Origin: the human T2T-CHM13v2.0 reference genome, Homo sapiens
DNA: 64,000 nt
Strand: one strand, 5' to 3'
NCBI RefSeq assembly: GCF_009914755.1
Contig: NC_060927.1
Made by a program: the position numbers and the translations under genes
Notes under the pieces: generated by a model
The model's input: only the letters and a program-made list of their open reading frames with translations
The model's database searches: none
What the model was told of the DNA's origin: nothing
Part shown: positions 44,856-57,430 of the stretch, one piece after another
Layout of the letters: each line of letters starts with the position of its first letter
Numbering within the stretch: position 1 is the first letter of the stretch

Positions 44856-45143
44856 TTTTTTTTTTTTTTTTGTGATGTAGTCTCAACTGTCACCCAGGCT
44901 GGAGTACAGTGGTGTGATCTTTGCTTACTGCAACTTCTGCATCCCGGGATCAAGCCATTCTCCTGTCTCAGCGTCCCAAGTAGCTGGGATTACAGGCACC
45001 TGTCAGCTAATTTTTGTATTTTTAGTAGAGATGGGATTTCGCCATGTTGGTCAGGCTGGTCTCAAATTCCTGACCTCAGGTGATCCACCCGCCTCGGATT
45101 CCCAAAGTGCTGGGATTACAGGCGTGAACCACAGCACCCGGCC
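44856..45143 (-). repeat. AluS nested in L1
   Basis: Poly-T plus dimeric Alu. Confidence 0.93.
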
Positions 45144-47157
45144 AAATTCACTATTGAAGCCATTTGGGCCTTAGCTTTATTTTGTGGAAAAGTTTTAAAT
45201 GACGAATTTAATCTCTTTACTTGTTATATAAGTCTGTTAAGGTTTCTGTTTCTTCTTGAGTCAATTTCAATTGTTTGTATCTTTCTAGGAACTTGTCCAT
45301 TTGTCTAGGTTTCCTATTAGCATACAATAAATTGTACACACAATTGTTCATGTTATTCCCTTAAGATACTTTTCAATTTCTCTATGGTAAAAGCCTCACT
45401 TTCATTCCTGATTTTAGTAATATGAGGTGTTTTATTTTTATTTTTATTTTTGGTTAGTTTGACTTAAGGTTTCTTAATTTTGTTGATCCTCTCAAGTAAC
45501 AAATTTTTGGTTTTGTTGATTTTGTTTATTGTTCTTTTTTCTATTTCATTTATTTATGCTCTAATCTTTATTATTTCCTACCTCTTGGCTTGGTTTTCCC
45601 TTAAGGTGGAAAGTTTGATTACTGATTTGATATCTTCCTTTTTTTTTAATGGAGGTGTTTATAGCTATAAATTTTCCTCTAAGCACTTCTTTAGCTCATA
45701 TGTTTTGGCATACTGTGTTTCGTTTTCATTCATCTCAAAGTATGTTCTAATTTCCCTGTGTGTGATGTTTTTTTTGCCCCTAGTGTCATTTAAAAGTATT
45801 CTTCTACCACTGGGGTAGAAGAATATACTCTACATGATTTTAATTGTTTTAAATTTGTTGAGACTTGTTTCATGACCTAACCACAATACTGTAGAATGCC
45901 ATATGTTTCAAGAAGAATGTGTATTATGCTGTTGTTGGGTAGAGTGTTCTATTATGCTATTACGTCTAGAGTGTCTGTTGTAGATTGTCTGTTGTGCCCA
46001 GTTTGGTTTATAGTGCTGTTCAGATCTTTCCTTTTTGATCTTCTGCTTAGTTGTTCTATCTATTATTGTAAGTGGGGTATAACAGTCTCCAACTATTATT
46101 TATTGTATTATCTATTTCACCCTTCAATTCTACCAGTTTTACTTCATATATTTTGGAGCATTGTTTTTATGTGTATATATGAATATACTCATTCTGTCTT
46201 GATGACTGACACTTTTATTATTATAAAATGACCATTATCTCTAGTAATAATTTTTTCCTCAAAGTATGTTTTGTCTGATATTTCATCAATTCTTATCAAC
46301 TACTAAGTTTGAGAAACTCTGTTTTGATACAGCATTTTACAAACTGAAGATATATTCAGAGTATTAAAATCAATTTAATAATTCAAATATTAATTTTTGA
46401 AAATATAGTCAACTAGAGAAGAATAAAATAGAAAATATGAAACTGTATTATTAGTATACTATCTACTCACTTTATATTCAGTATTGTCTGGTGAAACTCG
46501 TGTTACTTATATATAAATATATTGAATATATATGTATGTATTATTCACTATGTGTTATATTAGATTATCATCAAGAATATTTGAAAGCCAATGATTTAAA
46601 GATCCTTTTATTTAACTAATATAAGGACAGCAAAGATTCTATTCTGAAATGAAAAAGATGGAATCAATGTTGCAACACTGCAATGTATAATCATGTAAAT
46701 TCTTGTTTTTACTATGGTTGGAGATTTTTCTCTGTAGATTTCCACCTTGAAGAAAAAAATAATTTTTACCTAAATATAAGTTAAACTGTAGTTTCTTTCT
46801 GAAAATTACTGCTTTTCCTTGTAATGTGTGTATATGTATGTATATGTTTTTTTTGTGTTTCTGCCCAAAAATTGTTGGATTTTCAGTTCAGATGACAGCT
46901 GAAAGATGTTAGAAGCTGAGATTCACCTCATGTCCACATAAGTGTGCAAAAATGAACAAGGCTAGAACAGTAGAAGCCCAATTTGGGCTGTGTTGTTAAA
47001 GCTCCACAAATGGTGTTATGTCTCCCTAAGTAAACACAGTTTTGGGAACTGTAGGTCTACAGGACTAGCGAATTTTCTGTCTTTTGTAATCAAAGAGCAA
47101 TGCCACATAGCTTTGTAGGGAAGGGATTGACATCTCCTGAAAAATGCAGACAGTCCC

Positions 47158-47462
47158 GGCTGGGCACTGTGGCTCACGCCTGTAATCCCAGCATTTTAGG
47201 AGGCCGAGGTGAGTGGATCACCTGAGGTCAGGAGTTTGAGACCAGCCTGGCCAACATGGTGAAACCCCGTCTCTACCGAAAATACAAAATTATCCGGGCG
47301 TGGTGGTGCATGCCTGTAATCCCAGCTACTCTGAAGGCTGATGCAGGAGAATCATTTAGAACCCGGGAAGCGGAGGTTACAGTTAGCCGAGATTGCATCA
47401 CTGTACTCCAGCCTGGGCAACACGGCAGCATTCTGTCTCAAAAACAAACAAACAAACAAACA
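47158..47462 (+). repeat. AluS
   Basis: 17-bp TSD aaaatg(c/t)agacagtccc (47141-47157, 47463-47479); (CAAA)n tail. Confidence 0.95.
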
Positions 47463-48279
47463 AAAATGTAGACAGTCCCATAGGCAGCCAGTTTTTGAAA
47501 AGGTCACTCTTGCATAATGAAAAATTCACTTAAATGTGATAAGGTGGAGATTATGGTCTCTCTCAGAGCCCCCAAATAACTGGGTCCTGGATACTACCCA
47601 GATCTGGAAGAAAGTCCTGTTAGAGAAAGCTATGTTGATTTAAAAAAAATAAAAAGAAAGATAATAACTAAAACTTATTGAGCTCTCATCATATTCCAGC
47701 CCTTACTCTAACAACGTTACAAGTACTAAACCTTGTAATCTTTACATCAACCATATATAGTAGATACTATTATTATCCTTAATTTATAGAGAATAAAACT
47801 GAGGCATAAGGAGGTTAAGTAACTTGGTGAAAGTCATTAGCTGACGTATCAGGAGTAGAATTAGAATTCCAGCATTCTGACTGCAGAAACGTCCTTAAAT
47901 ACATCATGCTAATACTCCCCCTAGATCAGAGACAAGGAAGAAGAGCACCCCAGGCGTGATTCTATGGAGGGCTTTGGGCCTATACACTGGATTGGCATCT
48001 CTAGCTAGCAGCTATTTTTAAGTCCTTAAGTTCTACCCTTTCACCTCCATGGGACATCATGGGACAATGCAGTGGTCTGGGGTCAACCAATAATGCAAAA
48101 GCCAGTCGCCTTTGAAGGTGATGAAGTCTAAGACATTTTGGTTACTCATAAAAATGCCACTCATAATAGTCATGAATCATGAAATTCTCCTAATACTATC
48201 TGAAAACAAGGCCACGAGATAAATCAAAGATTCTTTTATCTATGAAATATTCCTCAAGCCCATTTCAAGGACCAGCTTC

Positions 48280-49330
48280 TGTGCTTGCTGCTAGAAATAT
48301 AAGACAGAAAGACATTCAAATGCATGCCTGTCTCCAAGGGCAGCAAGTTCTGTGGAGGCTACAAAGATGTATAAGAAAAGGTGAATGGTTGTCACGAAGC
48401 AAGTAATTGACATAATCATAGGTAGATGCATAGCATGTTAAGGGATTAGACAGGAGGGGTACCTAACCTATGCAGAGAAGGTATACTACGATATAGATGC
48501 TAACACACTAGACCTAGCCAGCATCTCCATGATGGGGAAAGGTTTTACAGGCAAACGGACAAGAACAGGCAGGTGCATAGAGGAGGCTCACTACTGCAGG
48601 ACGAACTGCTGTGTGTGGAGATTTAGCAGACAAGGCTAGAAAGATAGGATGAAGATTATGAAAGACCTTGAACTTTATGCCAATCAAATGGAAAGTAAAG
48701 TGATTCATTTTACATTTAGAATTCTTTATATATGAGGTCAGATTAGGCAGGAAGTACTTGCAAGGGTCTGGCTAGAAGGCAAGGAAGGCTGATTTTGGTG
48801 AAAGGAGCAGAGAGTGGAGAAATGGTAATTGACATTTAAGATACAACATTGACTTTGAAGTGGACTGGATATGAGAAAAGATTCTCAAGTTTCTGGCTTG
48901 GGATCCTACAGGCCTCCAGTGTATGGGAAGAATGGAGAAAGAAAATAGAGTTTAGAAGCAAGATAACAAAGTTGGGCTGGTGATCATTGAGTTTGAGATT
49001 CAATGGTCTTTCATGAGAAGCAGTCTATAGGTGGTTGGAAGTGCAAGTTTAGAGACTATCAGACTGACATGATCTGTGGATATGTATTTCATAAGTGATG
49101 AAGGAAAAGGAAACCTTCAGTATTAACAAGATCACTTAGAAGAGTGTGTAAAAGGAAGGGTGACTGGGAGAGGAGAGAGAAGGAGATGGGGAAGGGCAGG
49201 GAAAACCAGGGGAGTAGACCAAATAATTTTGAGAACAGCACTTTTTAAGAGTAGGGACACAGTTTTTGACAGAAACTGACAGTAAGCAGACTAAAGGGAA
49301 AATAATGGTAACAGGAAGCAATGTCAAATG
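48280..49330 (-). mobile_element. L2 fragment
   Basis: Purine-rich L2 motifs (ctcaagtttctggcttggg; tgagtttgagat). Confidence 0.5.
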
Positions 49331-50290
49331 AGAGTTAAGTGAGAAAAAAAGTATAACGTATTTGGAAAAAAGTGAAGGTAAGTATGTATTTAAGTTTGTT
49401 ATGAAGAATATACTTTAATTCCTTTAAGAATTGTATTTAAGAGTACCCGAATTGGACTAGAAATCAGATATCCATACCTTCTTTTTTTAACTATTATTAA
49501 AAATAACAATGTAACTAAAAATCATATGAATTATCTCAAGAATATTAATCATTATATCACTTCAATGAGTTAATGATTAATTTACCATGTACTTTTAATA
49601 TAAAAGCACCTCATGTTATAAAATTTGAAGATCAATAAATCAGAAAAAAATTGCCATTTAGATTTTGAGGCTATTCGTATAGAGATTATATTTTTTAAAA
49701 TTAAATTTATATTTATTTTAAAATTAAATACATATTTATGTAATTGAACGATTTTTGTTATAAGTATGTATTATCCAGAGATAAAAGAAGGAAAACATAT
49801 GATGAAATTATATGTGGGAAATTGGTATATTATACTTTCTTCTAAGCTTTGAAGTTTTCATAAGAGTTCTGATTGCTTCTGCAGGAAAACAAAGCAAAAC
49901 AAAACAAAATATGTTTAACTTTGTGTAACTATAGCATCTCAGACTTACGTAAATAAAGACCTCTGTTACGGAGCGTTGTCCTACCAATACTGGTGTAAGA
50001 CACACTGTCTGATAGGATTTGAGTTTTTTTAGTTATTTTGAACATCAGGAAATCATGCCATTTTCTCTTTAAATATACTAAATATAACAAAGGTTTCTTT
50101 ATTCTCTTAAACAAGAATAGTGGATAAAATTATTTTTGTGGGAACACGTATCCAACACCATAATGCAAATTGGAATTATGTAAAGAAATTGGGATAAATT
50201 CATTAACACTACATAATTCAAGTACAGATTTCAAGATTCTTAATTTGAGTCACAGCGACAATTTTTGTCAGTCTTCGTAAGTTTATAGTC

Positions 50291-50309
50291 CAGCCACCAG
50301 GTGGCGATC
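50291..50309 (+). promoter_or_regulatory. CTCF consensus site
   Basis: CAGCCACCAGGTGGCGATC matches the CCASYAGRKGGCR core, in locally CpG-retaining non-repeat DNA. Confidence 0.7.
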
Positions 50310-50843
50310 AGAGCGAAATTTTGCTATATTTTATAACTGAAAATTCATTAGTTGTGTGGTCTGCACTATAATATTTTTACAACTTACCTTGTCATTTAAT
50401 TTGAAGGATGTAGCCTACTCTCTTGCTGAATTATTGATATACAGAAGAATAGACATACGCTTTATCAGATGAGAACATGATGTATAACCAAGGTTTTTCT
50501 CAGAAATGGTGAAGTTTCTGTTCTAGTAGGGTCTAGGTTTTTGGATATAGAGTAATTGGTAAATATAAGATAGATCTTGTATATCACGTTGGAAGTCACT
50601 GAAGTGACATATAGAGAAACGATAGATAAAGCATGATTATAATTTAATAATTTAATTTTTAATACCTTGGATTTAGGAAAGGTTGCGCTATTAATGCAGT
50701 ATGTTATAATGCATTTTATCCTCATAACACACATACACATTAGGAAGAGAAAAAAGGAAATCCTGATGCTTTCAGAAAACACTGTAGGTGCAGAAGCCAC
50801 CTGAGCTGTATGGATCATATGCCTAGAGCCAAAAAAAACCTTT

Positions 50844-51159
<316 letters not shown>

Positions 51160-52023
51160 CTTTTGCCATTATCTTGTGCCATTATCTTGTACATAGCAGG
51201 GTTTCTTTTCCCCCTTCAGAGCATAACACAATGGTTTCTACTTCTAAATATACGCTTAAATATGTATTTTAAAAAAATATTACTACAGTGTCTACATCAT
51301 TATGTAAGTCATTAAAATGTGTTTAAAGACAATACTAACTATTTCCTTGGCCAAAAGTAAGGGCACTTTTAATTTTTAAAATTTTAAACTTGGCCAAATT
51401 GTTTTCTAACAATCATAATATCTCAAATTCACACTAGCACTGTATAAAGTATTCATTCTCCCAAGACATCACCAGTAGTGCACTCAGACTTACAAAAATA
51501 TTTGCCAGAAAGATAAGCTCCTTAATCAGCACCCATGGCCATTCACTTCCATTTCTCTGCACATCTTCCATGTGTCTCATGCATGCCTCATACCAGATTT
51601 TCATGACCCTGTACTTACGGACATATGATTCTTTCTGCTAAGGATAGTCCTTTCCCCCTTTTCTTTGCTTGTGAAATTTTTATCATGACAGCAAAACTTG
51701 ACCTCCTTAGTCAGGGCTTTCCTCAAATCCCTGGCAATGTCAAATACTGTCTTCTGTGTCCTTACAACACTCTCTTCATATCTCCATATAGAATGGAGAG
51801 AATGTCATCAATATTTGCACAACTTCCATCTAAAAGCCTGTAAATCCTATGGCTACAGGAATATATTCTAACTGACATATAGTAAACTATGTGGCACCCT
51901 ATCGGCATCCAATATTTATTTACTTATTAAATCAGTCAATTAATTTGTTAGCTTAAAAAGCAATTTTAATCATTAGTATGGTTTTTAGCAAAGGAGAATA
52001 TCTTTTATGAATATTTAACCCAC

Positions 52024-52134
52024 CTGGTAAAAAATGAGAACTGTATTCAGGAGGAGCATCAGGCCTTGGATCTGGTGGTTTTGTTTGATTTTCCATTTCA
52101 CCTGCAGGCTGTTCAGGGGCTGTGGGTACCACAC
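52024..52134 (-). CDS. PLSCR4: PLSCR4 coding exon, 111 nt (GVVPTAPEQPAGEMENQTKPPDPRPDAPPEYSSHFLPG)
   Basis: ORF 51953..52189 contains the PLSCR4 N-terminus; ctgaag|GTGTG acceptor and CCAG|gtgggt donor. Confidence 0.95.
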
Positions 52135-53274
52135 CTTCAGGGGAAGACAGGGAACATGACTTACAAAGGAAACAATAATATAATGACAAAATGTATTCTT
52201 TTTTCTTTCTTATGGGAATGCATCAAGAAATATAATCAACTGGAAAATACACTCCTATATTTTTTAAAGAAAGAATTCATCATATATTAGACACTATTAA
52301 TAAATTTCATGAATTTTCAAACTGAACATAGATTTAAAAATAGAACTAAACAATTATATTATGCTTGAGATCAAAGCAATGAGCTTTCATACTAGTGGTT
52401 CAACTGCCCCAATGCTAACTCTTATCTACAAAGTAAATTCCTGGCATAATAGCAAAAATTAATTTTCCCATTACATAATATGGAGAACACAAGCATTTAT
52501 AGAGTGAAGTTGATTTTTTTTCCTAATTATTTTTGGAAAGTGCTGTCTAAAAAGATTCACAACATAACACCATAAACAAATAATCGTTTAATAAACAGTG
52601 GTGTCACACACAACTGAATTAGCAATAGTTTAGTCTACATCTCCAGTGACTCACATTTTCACTGTATTCTTTCTAAAAGCAATCTAGGTCACAGTAATTG
52701 CTGCAAGGGAGGTACTGAAGTCAGTTTCATGATGTTGTACCTTGTCTTCTTATTGAGATTAGAGACTAATTTCTCTCTCTGCTTACTACAAAAAAAAGCT
52801 GAGTTTCCTAAACAACCAGTTGACTTTTATCTCCTAGCAAACAAAAATCCCATAAATGTGGTTTTTCTCTCTTTATGTAAGTTACTAGAAAATACAAGGC
52901 CTACTTTCATCCTCCTCTACCAAGGCAGGACCTTGCCACAGGCTCTTTATTACTACAACCTCTCTTTGCAGAACTGCTTTGCAAATCTTGCTTTTTTTAT
53001 TACCTAATTTTCCCCACAAACTTCAAAGATTATTCAGTAGATATGTGTCCCACTGTAAGTCCCTTTTTAATCTTTTTCTGACAATGATAGGAATGTCTAT
53101 ATACATAAATAATAAATATATACATACATATATATATGCAAACACACACACGTATTTATATTTGCCAAATGTTAAACAAAAAAAAAATCGAAATAAAGGC
53201 CCCCTTTAGGGAAAATAATCACAAAATTCACATTTGAAAATAAAGCATATTCAAATTTATTCACAAAAACTTAC

Positions 53275-53281
53275 CTGACAT
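53275..53281 (-). CDS. PLSCR4: PLSCR4 first coding exon (exon spans 53275-53302; 21 nt 5'UTR + ATG TCA G)
   Basis: Minus strand reads tttttcag|GATTAATTGGAATTCTTCAAA ATG TCA G|gtaagt. It supplies M-S-(G), joining in phase 1 to GVVPTAPEQ; consensus acceptor and donor. Confidence 0.9.
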
Positions 53282-53424
53282 TTTGAAGAATTCCAATTAA
53301 TCCTGAAAAATAAAAAATGTTAATGCCTTTAAAATACATACATAATAAATAGTATTGCTACTCAGTAACACAGGTAAGGATTTCTGTAATTTTTTTAACC
53401 TCCAGTTACCTTACATTTGTCCCT

Positions 53425-54330
53425 TCATTAATTAAAAAAATACTTATTGAGCACCTATTATGTACGAGGCACTCATACAGATGTTAAGAGTACAGCAATG
53501 AAGCAGACAGACACTCTGCCACCTACTGTGCTGCAGTTTATATTGTAGTAGAATGAGATTTAAAAAAAGTCAAGAAATGTTAAAGTTTAACGTTAGATAG
53601 TACAGTTATGAGGAAAACAATGTAACAAGCTTAAGAGAAACACGGATGGTAAGTTCTAGGAGAGTCAGGGAAAGCCTGTCTCAGGAAGTGACCTTTGAGC
53701 TGTTTGAACTATGAAAAATAAACATCACACTACAATTGTGGGAAGAGAGTTCCAGGAAGATAGGAAATTAGTGCAAAGGGTCAGAGATGGCAGTGAGCTT
53801 GGGATACTGAAGGGAGGAAAAGAGAAAGTGGTTTAGGAGTGACTGGGCCACAGTGAGTGAAGCGAACTGAGGTAAGACATGCAGATAAAGGTCTGATCTC
53901 ATCTGAAGGCCATGGCAAGGGGTTTGGCATTTTTGGTATTTGCAACTGGGAAGTCTGGAGGATTCAGTCGGTGGAGTGATCAGATCTGACCGACACCATA
54001 CAATGAGAGCAAGAGTAGAAGCAGGGAGCAGTGAGGGATGGCAGCAGCAATCCAGGTGAGAGCTGACACCAGCTTAGATGGGGGAGGTGACACTGCAGGT
54101 TAGGAGTGTTCAGAGGCATGATACGGTTTGGAAGCAGGGCCTCCAGGAGTCGCTGATGGACTAAGGTAAAGAGAGGAGTGGAAGAGGGTTCTGAGTCATA
54201 GCCCAAGGTAACTGAGTTGACGGTGATCCTATTAACAAAACTAGAGAGGAGGATAGTGGGGGAATAGTGGGGATGGAGGAGGGTAAGAATTGAAAGTTTA
54301 GACTGGGGCATGTTATGTTTAAGAAGAGAC
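53425..54330 (-). mobile_element. L2 fragment
   Basis: tacttattgagcacctattatgt L2 3' end followed by a purine-rich L2 body. Confidence 0.7.
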
Positions 54331-54991
54331 TAAAAGAAGTTAAACATTTAAATTAAAAATATGTATGGGAACATTATGAGAATAACTCAAAGAAGAAGAC
54401 TAGAAGTTGAGACGAGATTTGAAACAAGGAATGAGGGTGAAGGTAAAATTTTCTGAATTCAGTCAGGCAAAAAAAAGGCTATTATTTGAGAAGGGAATTT
54501 CAATATATCTGAATTTCTGAGTTCTGAGTAATGACAAATAACAAAAAGAGTATCAACAAAGGCTATAATTTACTGAATGCTTATCAAGTGTTAGGCAAAG
54601 GGCCCAATTCTTTTCATATATCTCTGATTATAACTCTCTAATGTGTAAATGGCCAACCCTGCTAAAGGCAAGTGCTTCTAAATCCTAAGCCTATGTACTT
54701 TTCAATATGTGATCATGTTCATAAGAATACAGTCATTTGCGTTGTCCAAGTGGAGTAAAAAAGTATCAAGTTAGAGTAGGTCAAAAAAGCATTCAAACAA
54801 CGTATTAGTGAGTCATCAATATGGACACTGAGCTGACTCAATGAAAACTGCCATGGTACGAGCCAGTATGCAGATTCCCAGCTGAAATGATTGTCTTGCC
54901 AAGACGGGTGAAAGTTTAACCAGTCTTGGACCATCTCCACTCACCTCTGGAGCTGGAGTTTGTTGTACGGTGCCCTATGTGTCTCCAAGCT

Positions 54992-55183
54992 TAAAAAATA
55001 CATATAAATATATTTTAAAACATATATATTTATTTTTATATAATATATATTATGTAAAAGTTTTAAATATATATTTAATATATATATTTTTACATTTATA
55101 TTTTAAATATATTAATATTTAAATATAAAGTAATACAAATATATAATAATTATAAATCATAAATATTTATTTATTTATTTATT
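54992..55183. repeat. AT-rich low-complexity tract
   Basis: Directly visible in the sequence. Confidence 0.85.
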
Positions 55184-55289
55184 CTGGGGCATACCAAAAA
55201 GTCAGACCCAATTCTGGGCCAGTAAAAGGAGTTCAAGGGGTTAGTCATATTCCTTAATGATGGTAATCCCTGTTGTTAAGGAAAATGAC

Positions 55290-57430
55290 TACAGCTTTCT
55301 AGAACTTTAGACACTCCTAGTTATGTACCTGGAAGTGACTCTTGTACATGCACACAGGATATAGACAAGAATGTTCTTGATAACACTATTCATATTTAAA
55401 AGAATGAAAACTTGCCTAATGTCCATCAGTGGTAGACTGAATAAATAAATTCTGGTACATTCACATGATACAATAATATCCTGTAGTGAAAACAAATTAT
55501 AGCTGTGCACGTGGACAGAGATGTATCTCAAAATTACAGCACAACAGAAAAAGCAAATCACTGGAGAATACATGTAGTATTGTGTCCAGAATTGGTGGGT
55601 TCTTGGTCTCACTAACTTCAAGAACGAAGCCGCGGACCCTCGCGATGAGTGTTACAGCTCTTAAGGTGGTGCATCTGGAGTTTGTTCCTTCTTATGTTCC
55701 GATGTATTCGGAGTTTCTTCCTTCTGGTGGGTTCGTGGTCTCGCTGGCTCAGGAGTGAAGCTGCAGACCTTCGCGGTGAGTGTTACAGCTCATAAAAGCA
55801 GTGTGGACCCAAACAGTGAGCAGCAGCAAGATTTATTGCAAACAGCAAAAGAAAAAAAGCTTCCACAGTGTGGAAGGGGACCCGAGCGGGTTGCCAATGC
55901 TGGCTCGGGCAGCCTGCTTTTATTCTCTTATCTGGCCCCACCCACACCCTGCTGATTGGTAGAGCCGAGTGGCCTGTTTTGACAGGGTACTGATTGGTGC
56001 ATTTACAATCCCTGCGCTAGATACAAAGGTTCTCCACGTCCCCATCAGATTAGTTAGATACAGAGTATGGACACAAAGGTTCTCCAAGGCCCCACCAGAG
56101 CAGCTAGATACAGAGTGTCAATTGGTGCACTCACAAACCTTGAGCTAAACACAGGGTGCTGATTGGTGTATTTACAAACCTTGAGCTAAATACAGAGTGC
56201 CAATTGGTGTATTTACAATCCCTGAGATAGACATAAAGGTTCTCCAAGGCCCCACCAAAGCAGCTAGATACAGAGTGTCCATTGGTGCACTCACAAACCT
56301 TGAGCTAAACACAGGGTGCTGATTGGTGTATTTACAATCCCTGAGCTAGACATAAAGGTTCTCCAAGGCCCCACCAGAGCAGCTAGTTACAGAGTGTCGA
56401 TTGGTGCACTCACAAACCTTCAGCTAAACACAGGGTGCTGATTGGTGTATTTATAATCCCTGAGCTAGACATAAAGACTCTCCACTTCCCCACCAGACTC
56501 AGGAGCACAGCTGGCTTCACCTAGTGGATCCCGCAGCAGGGCTGCAGGTGGAGCTGCCTGCCATGCGCTCGCACTCCTCAGCCCTTGGGTGGTCGATGGG
56601 ACTGGGTGCGGTGGAGCAGGGGGTGGTGCTCGTCAGGGAGGCTCGGGCCGCACAGGAGCCCATGGAGGGGGTGGGAGGCTCAGGCATGGCAGGCTGCAGG
56701 TCGCGAGCCCCGCCCCGCAGGAAGGCAGCTAAGGCTCGGTGAGAAATCGAGCACAGCACCGGTGGGCTGGCACTGCTGGAGGACTCACTACACCCTCCGC
56801 AGCCACTGGCCAGGGAGCTAAGTCCCTCATTGCCCAGGGCCAGTAGGTCTGGCCGACTGCTCCGAGTGCGGGGCCCGCCAAGCCGACGCCCACCCGGAAC
56901 TCCAGCTGGCCCGCAAGCGCCGCACGCGGTTGCCGCTAGCGCCTCTCCCTCCACACCTCCCTGCAAGCTGAGGGAGTGGGCTCCAGCCTTGGCCAGCCCA
57001 GAAAGGGGCTCCCACAGTGCAGTGGTGGGCTGAAGGGCTCCTCAAATGCCGCCAAAGTGGGAGCCCAGGCAGAGGAGGTGCCGAGAGCGAGGGCTCTGAG
57101 GACTGCCAGCACGCTGTCACCTCGCAGTATGATTCCACGTAAGACTGTTCAGTAGCAGGAATTCTAAACAAAATACTTCATCTGATAAATATATAGAGGA
57201 AAGCTTTAAAGAAATGCTAGGGAATTAAAAACACAAAATTTCAGAAAAGGGTTATGTGTAAAGAAGTGATGAGGGGTGGCTGTTTAGCTGTGGCCCACAA
57301 GGAACCCTAAGTTCCTGCCAACATTAAAATTCTATTAGGGTGATAAGAACAAGGCTAATGTCTTGTCATTAGTTTTTAAAAGGTATGTACATGTTTAAAT
57401 ATGCATATTTATATGCATGGCATTATTTCA
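55290..57430 (+). mobile_element. Old L1M(E) 3' fragment interrupted by the LTR12C
   Basis: L1M 3'UTR-like text (aatgtccatcagtggtagactgaataaataaattctggtacattca) that resumes after the LTR (gtatgattccacgt). Confidence 0.55.
55581..57126 (-). mobile_element. Solo LTR12C-type (ERV9/HERV9) LTR, same orientation as PLSCR4
   Basis: Minus strand begins TGCGAGGTGACAGCGTGCTGGC and ends CCAATTCTGGACACA. It has a GC/CpG-rich U3, a tandem CCAAT repeat array, and a 4-bp TSD GTAT at 55577-55580 and 57127-57130. Confidence 0.93.

Larger units (their letters stand above)
42130..46285 (-). mobile_element. Degraded L1MB-type element with nested Alu insertions
   Basis: L1MB 3' end (aaagttgtgcaaccatcact...cccatacccattagcag) followed by ~4 kb of T-rich antisense ORF2 sequence. 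Confidence 0.8.

Noticed and set aside
55950-56480. Regularly spaced repeats superficially like a CRISPR array
   Set aside because: These are ERV9 U3 enhancer tandem subunits. The 'spacers' are themselves repeated and the DNA is eukaryotic.
56517-57171. Several overlapping GC-rich ORFs and a CpG-island-like region
   Set aside because: Entirely LTR12C U3 sequence; not a gene or the canonical PLSCR4 CpG-island promoter.
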